This document shows, piece after piece, positions 10,406-19,491 of a stretch of 50,820 nucleotides of DNA. Every line of letters begins with the position of its first letter. Within the stretch, counting starts at the first letter, position 1. The position numbers and the translations under genes were made by a program. Where the stretch lies: the NCBI GenBank assembly GCA_048886745.1, contig JBHLKK010000005.1, forward strand, positions 1 to 50,820. The letters run 5' to 3'. The stretch is from Candidatus Hodarchaeota archaeon (GTDB taxonomy: Archaea; Asgardarchaeota; Odinarchaeia; Odinarchaeales; JBHLKK01). The notes under the pieces were generated by a model, which had not been told where the DNA came from, ran no database searches, and worked only from the letters and a program-made list of their open reading frames with translations.

Positions 10406-10493
10406 ATTCCAAACCCCATAATAACAAGGGAAATGGTAATCCTCAAGAGGAGAATTGGTCGAAGTTGTAGGAAAGAAATTTGTAAGCTCTCTA

Positions 10494-10507
10494 TTTAACT
10501 TTATCGG
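10494..10507 (-). promoter_or_regulatory. BRE-TATA promoter CCGATAAAGTTAAA upstream of rpl1
   Basis: Identical 14-mer also at 18869-18882(-), 20338-20351(+) and 28736-28749(+). Confidence 0.7.
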
Positions 10508-10556
10508 GAGAAAGTCACAGATCTTTCCTCTAAAGAATTCTTGTCGAAATCTAAAC

Positions 10557-11045
10557 TCATTCTACCTTTGAGATTAATTCATCAAGCTCTCCTTTATCCA
10601 TTTTTTTCTGAATATCCCTGGGATCTTCTCCATCTATGGTTATTCCCATGCTGACACACGTACCGAGCACGGTTTTAGCGGCCCTTTTGAGATCTCTGTC
10701 AAACATCAAATCCTTTTTTGCTTTTGCGATTTTGACTATTTGTTCCAGCTTAATATCACTGACTTTTTCTTCCCTAGGATTCTGACTTCCCTTACTAACG
10801 CCAGCTTCTTTAAGGATAAGCGCTGACGTTGGAGGAACCCCTACCTCTATTTCGAATTCCTTAGTTTCTTCATCAACTATTATTTTGACAGGTACCTTAA
10901 GACCTGTTAAATCCTTAGTTAGTTCATTGATCTTTGTAACTACTGCGTAGAGGTTTACACCTGTGGGTCCGAGCATCGGTCCAACCGGAGGACCGGCACT
11001 GGCCTTCCCTCCCTCAACCATTGCCTCAACGCTTACCTTGCCCAT
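10557..11045 (-). CDS. rpl11: 50S ribosomal protein L11
   Basis: GGKASAGPPVGPMLGP, VPPTSALI, GTCVSMG. Confidence 0.97.
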   Translation of the reverse strand: MGKVSVEAMVEGGKASAGPPVGPMLGPTGVNLYAVVTKINELTKDLTGLKVPVKIIVDEETKEFEIEVGVPPTSALILKEAGVSKGSQNPREEKVSDIKLEQIVKIAKAKKDLMFDRDLKRAAKTVLGTCVSMGITIDGEDPRDIQKKMDKGELDELISKVE

Positions 11046-11121
11046 TTCAAATCACCCTCATACAGCTATTGAAGAAACGTTCAAACGAATTATAAAATTT
11101 TCGTATTTTGAAGATGGACCA

Positions 11122-11640
11122 CTAGAGGTGAAATTCCTCCTCCTCTTCCTCCTCTTCCTCCTCAAATTTGCTGGTTTTCTCAACCAGCTTAATGTAATCG
11201 GCATGCACTTTTATGGGAATTGGATATGCGGATTCAAGGAGCTCAAGAACGACTTCGCTCTTTGAGGTATCTATCCTTGAAACCCTAGCCCTCTCTCCTT
11301 TGAATGGTCCGCCAATAATCTCAACAGTATCACCAATATCTAGTCCCTCTGTGGCCGGTCTGGGTATCAGCGCATGTTCTATCTCTGATATGTCCACTTT
11401 TCCTACGACTTTGCCCCTAACGTGAGGTATTCCTGATATGACTTTATCTACTTCCTGCTGGCTATCTGCTTCAACGAAGACATAGCCTCTCAAAAGCCAA
11501 GAAACCAATACGGCCTTTAGGTTTATCTTCATAGTTTTCGCTCTTGATCTTATCATCTCTGCTACACCTTTTTCCTGGCCTATGATGGTTCTGACAGCAA
11601 ATATGCTGGTCTTAACTCTTGCAATTACCAAGATATGCAT
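11122..11640 (-). CDS. spt5: Transcription elongation factor Spt5 (NGN+KOW) with poly-Glu tail
   Basis: FAVRTIIGQE, LRGYVFVE, GDTVEIIGGPFKG; start uncertain. Confidence 0.95.
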   Translation of the reverse strand: MHILVIARVKTSIFAVRTIIGQEKGVAEMIRSRAKTMKINLKAVLVSWLLRGYVFVEADSQQEVDKVISGIPHVRGKVVGKVDISEIEHALIPRPATEGLDIGDTVEIIGGPFKGERARVSRIDTSKSEVVLELLESAYPIPIKVHADYIKLVEKTSKFEEEEEEEEEEFHL

Positions 11641-11650
11641 CTCCGATTAT

Positions 11651-11821
11651 CTAAAAACCTGTAAATGCCCAAAATATTATTCTAATTATAAATGCTATAA
11701 CACCCAAGACTACTATGGCAAGTAGACTCATCCTGACTCCATAGTTAACCTCTTTCATGGTAGGTTTTCTTGAAAGCTTTATAACTCTCTTAGCTCTTTC
11801 TATGAAATCCCTCAGTCCCAT
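11651..11821 (-). CDS. secE: Protein translocase SecE/Sec61-gamma (56 aa, not in the ORF track)
   Basis: Translated by hand: MGLRDFIERAKRVIKLSRKPTMKEVNYGVRMSLLAIVVLGVIAFIIRIIFWAFTGF; ftsZ-secE-spt5 synteny. Confidence 0.92.
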   Translation of the reverse strand: MGLRDFIERAKRVIKLSRKPTMKEVNYGVRMSLLAIVVLGVIAFIIRIIFWAFTGF

Positions 11822-11848
11822 TCCTGAAACCTCGAAGAATATCTTGAT

Positions 11849-12925
11849 CTAAAGTTCTTCAAGGCCTAAGTTCTTCCCCAAGTTATTAATCTTTTCCCCG
11901 TTTGCGCCAAAAATGTAGGGGGACCTAACACCTGAAACAATAATTATCACTTGAACTCGATCTTTTAGTGTATCATCAATAATTGCCCCCCAGATTATCT
12001 CTGCGTCAGGCTGAAGCTTATCTGAGACGACTTTAACTGCTGTTTGAGCTTCTTTCAGCGTCATATCTGAACTCCCATTGACGTTTATAAGCGCAGCGTT
12101 GGCTCCTTCTATGTCTACATCGAGCAGTGGGTTGCTCAATGCATTCTCTACTGCATCCACGGCCCTATCATTATTATCTGATTCTCCCATTGCAATAATT
12201 GCAACTCCTCGATTCTTCATGATTGTTCGTACATCTGCGAAATCTAGATTTACCAATCCTGGCCTAGTTACTAGCTCGGCTATACCTTTGACTCCTCGTA
12301 TAAGCACCTCATCTGCCACTTTAAAAGCTTCTGAGATGCTCAAATCAGGTGCGAACTCCAAGAGTCTATCGTTTGGAATAACGATAACAGTATCTGATAC
12401 TTCCAAAAGTCTTTTTAAACCCCTTGCTGCATTTTCTTGTCTTATTTTACCTTCAACTTTGAACGGCAAGGTTACTACCGAGACTGTTAATGCCTTTTGC
12501 TTCTTTGCAGCTTCTGCAAAGACTGGAGCTGCGCCTGTGCCAGTGCCGCCGCCAAGTCCGCATGTAATGAACACCATATCAGCTCTTACCGAGTCTCTAA
12601 TGTCTTCGATGTTTTCCTTGGCAGCCGCCTCTCCAACCTCCGGATCATTACCTGCGCCAAGCCCGCCTGTCAATTCCTTTCCGATCAGAAGCTTATAATG
12701 AGACTTGGTTTGAAGTAAATCCTGAGCGTCTGTATTTACGGCCAGCGTTTCAGCTCCGTCTATTCCTGCCTCCATTAAGCGGGTTGTCGTATTATTCCCA
12801 GCCCCCCCGATACCAACCGCCAGAATTCTCGCCTTTACATCTTTTAGCACTTCTTCCAGATGAGTGTCTGTAATGTGATCCTCAGTACGTGCTTTCTTTA
12901 GGGCCGATTCTATAAGCGAACGCAT
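11849..12925 (-). CDS. ftsZ: Cell division protein FtsZ (FtsZ1-type locus)
   Basis: GIGGAGNN, NTDAQ, GLGGGTGTG, NLDFADV. Likely start MRSLIESAL at 12925. Confidence 0.97.
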   Translation of the reverse strand: MRSLIESALKKARTEDHITDTHLEEVLKDVKARILAVGIGGAGNNTTTRLMEAGIDGAETLAVNTDAQDLLQTKSHYKLLIGKELTGGLGAGNDPEVGEAAAKENIEDIRDSVRADMVFITCGLGGGTGTGAAPVFAEAAKKQKALTVSVVTLPFKVEGKIRQENAARGLKRLLEVSDTVIVIPNDRLLEFAPDLSISEAFKVADEVLIRGVKGIAELVTRPGLVNLDFADVRTIMKNRGVAIIAMGESDNNDRAVDAVENALSNPLLDVDIEGANAALINVNGSSDMTLKEAQTAVKVVSDKLQPDAEIIWGAIIDDTLKDRVQVIIIVSGVRSPYIFGANGEKINNLGKNLGLEEL

Positions 12926-13138
12926 CGTATGCACCCTCGACCAGAAAACGAGATTAAGTCGGAATAATCTATGCCTAACTTCTTTCTTTTCCAATAAATT
13001 CTTTTCTTTATACACGCTCAAAAGTAGGATTATATTCCCCCAGTAATACGCTGGTATATATGATGCGATTATGAAATTGATGATTCTTGGATGAGCCAAG
13101 GCGCCATATAGTTCAATCCGTCTACATGGGAGGATATT

Positions 13139-13969
13139 TCACATCATATCGCGGGCTTTTCGAACGTCAACTTCAACATCCTCCGCCATTTCTATTATTC
13201 TAGTCCTTTCCTTTCCTCTAACACCTTTCCAGTCAAGAACCAGCATTTCGGCTCTATCGGTAGTCCTCTCTACAAGTTGCCTTAGCATCTCTTCAGTGAT
13301 ATGGGCGGTGGCATACTTTGGAACTATATGTCCAAAAGCAGCTTCTGTATCTAATCCAAGCTTTGTGAATTTCGGGGCATAATGCCCTCCTCCTACTCCG
13401 ATCGATCTTAATCCTTTTTGGGGCGAATCTATGGAGGATATGATGGCCTTGGCAGCTGCCAACCCTGCTTCTTTATGTTGCCATCTCTCAATTGTACTTC
13501 CAATTTCTATATACATGACGGGAATATCAAGAGAGGGACCATGGTGCGTTGCTTCATAGCTGACTCTATACTCATCCAAGCCGAGATCTTCTTTTGCTGA
13601 TAGCAACTCTCTGAGGGCTGATTTCATCTCGTATACAGGGGCGATAGAAACCTTCTTATCTTCACCCCCAGATTCTGCTTTGTGGAAGTTACCTGGGACG
13701 TGAACAGTTAGGACGGGTAATCTGCTTTCACTCGAATGTCTTGAGGCGCAAATTACAAGTTCTGGTGAAAAGGACTCCGAAATATGGGATGAATAAATAA
13801 TATCCCTTGTGGTAAACGCCAACTCAACTTTTTTTCCACCGATAATTGTTCGATGAACGGCATTTCCATCAAATGTTTTATCCATTTCCTCAAAATTGCA
13901 GATTGTGCGTAATTGTTTGACAATGGTCATACCTGCAACATCTATTTTTGAAGCCAAAATTAGTATCAA
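13139..13969 (-). CDS. dtdA: D-aminoacyl-tRNA deacylase (archaeal DtdA/GEK1)
   Basis: ASRHSS, LTVHVPGN, EATHHGPS, IEIGS, GGGHYAP. TTG start after GGAGGAGG. Confidence 0.92.
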   Translation of the reverse strand: MILILASKIDVAGMTIVKQLRTICNFEEMDKTFDGNAVHRTIIGGKKVELAFTTRDIIYSSHISESFSPELVICASRHSSESRLPVLTVHVPGNFHKAESGGEDKKVSIAPVYEMKSALRELLSAKEDLGLDEYRVSYEATHHGPSLDIPVMYIEIGSTIERWQHKEAGLAAAKAIISSIDSPQKGLRSIGVGGGHYAPKFTKLGLDTEAAFGHIVPKYATAHITEEMLRQLVERTTDRAEMLVLDWKGVRGKERTRIIEMAEDVEVDVRKARDMM

Positions 13970-14003
13970 AATATTATCGCCTCCTCCGAACACCTCAAGG
14001 AGA

Positions 14004-14275
14004 CTCCCTCCGGTAGGGAGGAGAGGAATTGAGGGGTCCTTAGATACGTTTTTGGTGCATATACCAACAGGTCTAAAGGCACACATCTCTCTGATGTGGA
14101 AACGGTTAATGACCTAAGAGAAGACCGGGTGAAGCAGGCTTCATAGCGCAACGCTACATGCGGATTACTGGGCTGGAGCGTTGTAAACCGCCCCCTGATT
14201 TGACATGTGATGAAGCCAAAGCCCATCTGGAAATTGCGGTCAAGCAAAGTCATAAGCTCCTTCCTACAGAGGGGG
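14004..14275 (+). ncRNA. Candidate ~270-nt structured non-coding RNA of unknown family, opposite in strand to the flanking genes
   Basis: Terminal helix 14004-14023/14257-14275 with 2 G-U. Inner helices 14040-45/14071-76, 14052-56/14063-67, 14082-87/14093-98, 14109-13/14249-53, 14123-27/14237-41, 14137-44/14210-17. Wobbles favour +. Confidence 0.65.
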
Positions 14276-14279
14276 TAGT

Positions 14280-15206
14280 TTACAAAAGGAGCACCAGTAG
14301 TGCCTTTTGAGCATGAAGTCTGTTTTCGGCCTGGTCCCAAACAATTGAATGCGGACCATAGAAGACCTCATCTGTAACTTCGTGTTTTTCACGAGGAAGA
14401 CAGTGCATGAACAAGTAATTTTCGTAGGCAACTGAACATAGCTTCTCTGTAACTTGAAACGAACTGAAATCCTTCTTACGTTTTTCAGACTCTTTCTCTT
14501 GTCCCATGCTTATCCAAACATCGGTATAGACAATATCTGCGTCCTTTACTGCCTTCTCAGGTGAATTACTTATCTCTATCCTAGAGCCGGAATTCGTTGA
14601 ATTTTTCTTGGCAAGACTTACGACACTCTGGGTTGGTTCATATCCTTTGGGAGTTCCAACACATATGTCTATCCCCATTTTGCTACAGCCAATCAGCAAG
14701 GAATTGCAGACATTATTCCCATCTCCTACAAATGCCAAACTCAGACCATCCAAATCTCCTCGTTTCTCTCTTATCGTTAAGAGATCTCCTAGTATTTGGC
14801 AGGGATGAAATAGGTCTGATAGACCGTTAATAACAGGGATTTTTGCATTCTCGGCCAACTCTTCAAGATTATCGTGAGAGAAGACTCTCGCCATTATACC
14901 ATCTACATATCTGTTTAAGACTTGAGCAGTGTCTGAAATTGGTTCTCCACGTCCAAGGTGGATATCATTCCACCCAAGGTAAATGCTGTATCCTCCCAGC
15001 TGATTCATTGCCACCTCAAACGAAACTCTAGTTCTAGTAGACGGTTTTTGAAAGATCATGGCCAGATTCTTTCCTTGAATTAGCCTATGAACCGCTTCTC
15101 TTGCAGTCTCCCTCTTTAGGTCACTCGCTGTATCCAACATCAAGCTAATCTCGTGGGGTGTAAAGTCCTGTAGCGTCAAAAAATCTTTTCCTCTTATGTT
15201 CTGCAT
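14280..15206 (-). CDS. argF: Ornithine carbamoyltransferase
   Basis: PSTRTR, HPCQ, GDGNNV, SMG, HCLP, QAENRLH. Confidence 0.97.
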   Translation of the reverse strand: MQNIRGKDFLTLQDFTPHEISLMLDTASDLKRETAREAVHRLIQGKNLAMIFQKPSTRTRVSFEVAMNQLGGYSIYLGWNDIHLGRGEPISDTAQVLNRYVDGIMARVFSHDNLEELAENAKIPVINGLSDLFHPCQILGDLLTIREKRGDLDGLSLAFVGDGNNVCNSLLIGCSKMGIDICVGTPKGYEPTQSVVSLAKKNSTNSGSRIEISNSPEKAVKDADIVYTDVWISMGQEKESEKRKKDFSSFQVTEKLCSVAYENYLFMHCLPREKHEVTDEVFYGPHSIVWDQAENRLHAQKALLVLLL

Positions 15207-15256
15207 GGTTTTCCCCTCTTATCGTAGCCGCTATAATTTACGTTTTAGTATTCCCA

Positions 15257-16171
15257 TCATGATAGAATAAGGTTTGCAAACTCCTCCGAGTCAAATCTCC
15301 TCAAATCGTCATATCCTAAACCAGTTCCCACATAGATTATCGGCTTTTTTGTTATATAGACTATGGAGAGAGCTGCCCCTCCTTTTACATCGGCATCTAC
15401 TTTGGTGAGAATTGAAGCATCAATCTTGACTGCTTCATTAAACTCCTTAGCCTGTGATACTACATCGTTACCTGCCAGAGCGTCTCCTATGAAGATAACA
15501 AGATCCGCATCGGAAACTTTTACTATTTTTTTCATTTCATCCATCAGATTCTTGTTGGTTTGAACGCGTCCTGCTGTATCTACTAAGACTGTTTTTATAT
15601 TTCTGGCTCTGGCATAGTTTGCTGCATCATAAGCAACAGCTGCGGCGTCAGCGCCATAATCATGCTTTATTATACGGACTCCAAGTTTTTCGGCGTGTTT
15701 TTCTAATTGCTCAATGCTTCCTGCACGGAATGTGTCACTGGCTGCCATAACTACAGAGCAGTCCTTTTTCTGGAGCAGTCTGGCGAATTTGGCTATGGTG
15801 TGGGTTTTTCCAACACCATTGAATCCAACAAAGACGATCACAAATGGGTCTGTCTTCTCCTTCACGAGCTTAATTAGGTCAACCCTGTTATCGTCCGATA
15901 TTTTCAATACTTCACGAATGACCTCTCTAAGTGTTTCTTCCACGAATTTCTTTATGTCCTCTAAACGACCTATCCTAGTTCCGATTAGCTTATTCTTAAG
16001 GTCTTCTGCAATCATCTCTGCAACAGTTACTGCCACATCATTACCAATAAGCGCTATTTTCAAATCCCAAAGTGCCTTATCTAATCTCTTTTCGCTAAGC
16101 TCTTTTGTTGCGATTTTTTCCTTGAAACTTCTTAGACTTTGTTTGAGTTTCTCGAACATTTGCTCTCCCAC
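15257..16171 (-). CDS. ftsY: SRP receptor FtsY
   Basis: GFNGVGKT, DTFRAG, DTAGR, TKVDAD. Confidence 0.96.
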   Translation of the reverse strand: MGEQMFEKLKQSLRSFKEKIATKELSEKRLDKALWDLKIALIGNDVAVTVAEMIAEDLKNKLIGTRIGRLEDIKKFVEETLREVIREVLKISDDNRVDLIKLVKEKTDPFVIVFVGFNGVGKTHTIAKFARLLQKKDCSVVMAASDTFRAGSIEQLEKHAEKLGVRIIKHDYGADAAAVAYDAANYARARNIKTVLVDTAGRVQTNKNLMDEMKKIVKVSDADLVIFIGDALAGNDVVSQAKEFNEAVKIDASILTKVDADVKGGAALSIVYITKKPIIYVGTGLGYDDLRRFDSEEFANLILS

Positions 16172-16214
16172 GATAAACTTTAGGTAATTATAGGAAATAT
16201 ATAACTACCAAAAA

Positions 16215-16628
16215 CTATTTAGACTTGCGTAATAGTTCCTCTACTTGTGGTCTAGCCTCGTTGATTTTGCTTTGAATCTGTCTAAGCTGAATTTTTAAGG
16301 AGGTTGATGCCTTAACCAGTTCCTCTTCTCTTTCCTCTAGTTTTTTGACTGCCTCTTCTACGTCTGTTTCAATAACCACGCCCGCTCCTATTCCTATGAT
16401 GGCCTTGCTTATGTCACCAAGCCGAGCTTTTATATACGAATTAGCTCCAATTGGAGCAAGAAATTCTTGGTTTGCTTCTTTGCTCTTGAACTCCTTAAGT
16501 GTGAATTTTGTAATATTGAGTTCAGCAATCACCGAAGATACCAACTCAATTCGTCTTTGGAGGGATGAGGCTTGAGCTTCATACAGATTTAGCTCCGCAA
16601 CTGCTTTTCTAATCTCATCTTCAGACAT
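16215..16628 (-). CDS. pfdA: Prefoldin alpha subunit
   Basis: Coiled coils flanking PIGANSYIKA...IGIGAGVVIE; conserved synteny. Confidence 0.92.
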   Translation of the reverse strand: MSEDEIRKAVAELNLYEAQASSLQRRIELVSSVIAELNITKFTLKEFKSKEANQEFLAPIGANSYIKARLGDISKAIIGIGAGVVIETDVEEAVKKLEEREEELVKASTSLKIQLRQIQSKINEARPQVEELLRKSK

Positions 16629-16646
16629 TCTTTGAACACCCTTCCT

Positions 16647-16847
16647 TTAACTTGCTGTTTCTTCTATCTCTTCGATTGCCTTTATTTCTATTTCTCTTCT
16701 TTTTACACGATGGTTGCTACCTAAATCTGTATAAATCTTCTCTATCGCGTCCTCTTTCCTTAAAGCTCTGACTACCTTGGAAAAGTCATAAACACGATCC
16801 TTTTTCCTAAATACTCCCTTGATTATGAAGTTCTTCACACTACTCAT
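16647..16847 (-). CDS. rplX: 50S ribosomal protein LX/L18ae
   Basis: AIEKIYTDLGSNHRVKRREIEI. Confidence 0.93.
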   Translation of the reverse strand: MSSVKNFIIKGVFRKKDRVYDFSKVVRALRKEDAIEKIYTDLGSNHRVKRREIEIKAIEEIEETAS

Positions 16848-16861
16848 TTCTATTCCCCATT

Positions 16862-17530
16862 CTATGCTATATCCAATGCCTCTCCTATTCTGACAAGTTC
16901 AGGTCCGGTTGTTTCAAATCCTGCAATTGCTCCGTAGGAGTTTGCCAGAAGCCCCGACCTAACGTAATAGACTCCCCTATTTGTGGTTCCTAGGTTAACC
17001 GGAACTTTCAGAATCTCTTTTATCTGCTGTATTTCCTCTTCGATCGCATGGGGAGCAACAAGGACTCCTTTGTTTGTGGCAACTGCCATTGAACCTACTA
17101 ATGGCGAAAGACCTATTCTTCCTTCATGACCTTCCACACCTAGCGTATCTTCGATAGCCTTCACTGCCTGTGGTTCTAGTTCCGGGTGGAAGATTGCACC
17201 ATGGTCATTACAAAGAACAATGTTGCCAAAACAGGTTAGTCTGCTTGGAACTATTTCAACATTTAGATTGGTGTTCTTTTTGATGTGTTCTATTTCACTA
17301 TCCATTACATAATGAGGTACGATTATTCCACTGGAATTTCCTGCTGCAAGTACGCCTATCAGAGAGCTCTGACCAATGTTTGCTTCTATCATAGGGGCTT
17401 TAAGCGTCTCCTCTATTATCTTCGGGATTTTTCTGGGAAGACCATGTCGCACAAGCACAAGATCATCATTCGCAAAAGAAAAAACGCCTAGATTCGGCGT
17501 TCCCAGGAAGTCCAGACGGTGAATAGGCAA
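16862..17530 (-). CDS. eif6: Translation initiation factor aIF6
   Basis: PNLGVF, GNIVLCND, GTTNRG, TTGPEL. Confidence 0.95.
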   Translation of the reverse strand: MPIHRLDFLGTPNLGVFSFANDDLVLVRHGLPRKIPKIIEETLKAPMIEANIGQSSLIGVLAAGNSSGIIVPHYVMDSEIEHIKKNTNLNVEIVPSRLTCFGNIVLCNDHGAIFHPELEPQAVKAIEDTLGVEGHEGRIGLSPLVGSMAVATNKGVLVAPHAIEEEIQQIKEILKVPVNLGTTNRGVYYVRSGLLANSYGAIAGFETTGPELVRIGEALDIA

Positions 17531-17534
17531 AGAA

Positions 17535-17816
17535 TCACACCTCAGCTAGTAGAACTTCAACAACGCCGTCGATATCTCTAGTTGCTCTGACCTTGATTTT
17601 GTGAGGGGGGTTTTCTATGCCCTTTTCCCATATTTTTTCATTAACATCCGGATTTATAAGAACCACATCGGCTTTCATATGCTTGGAAATAAATTCCCTC
17701 AGCGTTTTAACAGCTTTCTTGGCTCTACCCTTTGGTTTAATGTATTTGACAACTTTGTGTATTGGAACCGTATAGACTCTCTCCTCAACGATTTCTTTGG
17801 CAGGTTTCTCAGACAA
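17535..17816 (-). CDS. rpl31e: 50S ribosomal protein L31e
   Basis: ERVYTVP, RAKKAVK, NEKIWEKGIENPP. Confidence 0.95.
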   Translation of the reverse strand: MSEKPAKEIVEERVYTVPIHKVVKYIKPKGRAKKAVKTLREFISKHMKADVVLINPDVNEKIWEKGIENPPHKIKVRATRDIDGVVEVLLAEV

Positions 17817-17829
17817 CTCGCGTCACCTC

Positions 17830-17985
17830 TTAAGGTTTTATCTTTGTCCTCCTCCAAAGCCTTCTCTTTGGATGCATTCTGATTCTTCCTCTTGTCTTCA
17901 CAATAACCCATGTTGGCACGCTTTTATTTTCCTTAAGGGCATGTGAGAGTCTAAGTTTCTTTCCCAAAGGCTTGTTTCTCGCCAT
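17830..17985 (-). CDS. rpl39e: 50S ribosomal protein L39e (51 aa, not in the ORF track)
   Basis: Translated by hand: [51 protein letters not shown]. Confidence 0.95.
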   Translation of the reverse strand: MARNKPLGKKLRLSHALKENKSVPTWVIVKTRGRIRMHPKRRLWRRTKIKP

Positions 17986-18001
17986 AGTAATCGCCCATCG
18001 C

Positions 18002-18346
18002 CTATCTGAATTTAATTCTTATGTCTCTCTTTCTACTCTGCAATTTTGATAATAGAGTCTTGAACTGTTCGTCAGACATCGGAAGCGAATAGCCTGCTCG
18101 AACCAGCTGCCCATTTTGAGCCAATCTTATTAATTGAATCTCAACTTGCTCAGCAAATTCAGGTTTGACCATCTTAATATTTGCAAGTCTGCCTCTAGCC
18201 TCCGGTGATAGAATTGAGCGCAGAAGCTTTTCCTTTTGAGCTTCCATCTCTTGTCGAAGTTGCTCTTTACCTTGCGCCTCTTCTATCTGTTGCTGCAGCC
18301 GCATCATTTTCCTTTGTCGGATCATCTCCAACTCTTCATCCGACAA
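18002..18346 (-). CDS. PDCD5-like dsDNA-binding protein
   Basis: [28 protein letters not shown]. Confidence 0.93.
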   Translation of the reverse strand: MSDEELEMIRQRKMMRLQQQIEEAQGKEQLRQEMEAQKEKLLRSILSPEARGRLANIKMVKPEFAEQVEIQLIRLAQNGQLVRAGYSLPMSDEQFKTLLSKLQSRKRDIRIKFR

Positions 18347-18358
18347 TATAATATCCTC

Positions 18359-18802
18359 CTACTTCCTGTCCTTCTTCTGGAGCGCTTGATGAATTTTATG
18401 CGCAGTCAAATCCAATAAGGAACGTCCTTTAGGTGTGAGCATTCTTCCTTTTTTCTCTTCTTTCCGTACGAGTCCGGCAGCCTCCAATTGTCCCAAGGCA
18501 TTCCTAATAATTGCCCCGCTCCCCTTGCGGAAATGCTCGGGGCGGCTTCCCCTGCGTTTTTTTCCGCCATAGGCCGTTCTTAGTCTTGAAATACCTATGG
18601 GGTATGTTAGGTAAACCTTTCTTAAAATGGAGGCGCAGCGAACAAACCACCAATCAGGATCAGCAACTGTTCTTTCTTTGTGAGCGCCTGTTTTCACATA
18701 AGGTGCCCAAGAAGGCGGAGTGACCTGTTCATAATCCTCCTTCAGTATTTTGGCAACTTCTCTAATGAGCGTATCCGCTGGGACATCAAATACCGTGGTC
18801 AT
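18359..18802 (-). CDS. rps19e: 30S ribosomal protein S19e
   Basis: VKTGAHKE, WWFVRCASILRKVY, GSGAIIR. Confidence 0.96.
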   Translation of the reverse strand: MTTVFDVPADTLIREVAKILKEDYEQVTPPSWAPYVKTGAHKERTVADPDWWFVRCASILRKVYLTYPIGISRLRTAYGGKKRRGSRPEHFRKGSGAIIRNALGQLEAAGLVRKEEKKGRMLTPKGRSLLDLTAHKIHQALQKKDRK

Positions 18803-18868
18803 AACAGACACCAACAAGTATGATCAAAGTATAAACCGATGGTTTGAAAAAATAGTAGATTATTACTT

Positions 18869-18882
18869 TTTAACTTTATCGG
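18869..18882 (-). promoter_or_regulatory. BRE-TATA promoter CCGATAAAGTTAAA upstream of rps19e
   Basis: Exact copy of the recurring 14-mer. Confidence 0.7.
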
Positions 18883-18988
18883 ATGAAAGTCTGTATCTAA
18901 GGAATCTAGATATAGGTCCAAAGCTATCAGTGTCTTCGTAATCGATAGAAGATATATCAATCCTTCATCCCCAGAATTTACTCTCTTC

Positions 18989-19327
18989 CTAGTTTTGCCT
19001 TTTTGTCCTTTTTTTAGTCAAGAACCTTGTTCTTCTGCCGCAGGTCAAGCATGTGATTACAACGTGGGATTCACGCCTTTTTCTTAGACGTACTCTACAG
19101 CTCACACCTGGCCGAAGAAATGAGTTACAGTTCCTGCATATTCTTCTACGCCACCCCAGAGGAACTTTAACCTTGCATTTTATTCCTATTCTTCTTGCAA
19201 TCTCCACGTATCGTTGGGCTCTTTTGACATTCTCAGAATAAACTCTTTCCGCCGTTCTAAGTAACATTCCCACTCTCTCTTTTGCAATCTTTCTTACATG
19301 CTTGTGTGGTCGCCCCCGTCTTGACAT
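18989..19327 (-). CDS. rnp4: RNase P protein subunit Rpp21
   Basis: IAKER, RRICRNC, ITCLTCG zinc ribbon. Confidence 0.93.
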   Translation of the reverse strand: MSRRGRPHKHVRKIAKERVGMLLRTAERVYSENVKRAQRYVEIARRIGIKCKVKVPLGWRRRICRNCNSFLRPGVSCRVRLRKRRESHVVITCLTCGRRTRFLTKKRTKRQN

Positions 19328-19491
19328 ACATTCGCCTCACGACAAATAAGCCATCCTCTTTAGAATGCCTATTTGATCACCTTGTAGGTAAATATCATAT
19401 AAAAGGAAGAAGTCTCTTACAAGAGCTAGGAACGGCTTGTAAAACACATCGCCCCTGTAAATCAAGATTCTTCGCCTTGAGGTATTTGAAA

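Noticed and set aside
12926-13099. 58-aa N-terminal extension of FtsZ
   Set aside because: AT-rich promoter-like sequence; homology begins near MRSLIESAL.
14004-14275. RNase P RNA or SRP RNA (rpp21 and ftsY are nearby)
   Set aside because: I found no GAGGAAA-N-TCC/ACAGAA..GGCTTA P4 pair and no SRP helix-8 CAGG..GGAA..AGCAG on either strand. A covariance-model search is still needed.
13970-14340. ORF 13966-14340(-) and the 39-aa N-terminal extension of dtdA
   Set aside because: No protein-like features; they run through the structured region; a good RBS and TTG start sit at 13969.
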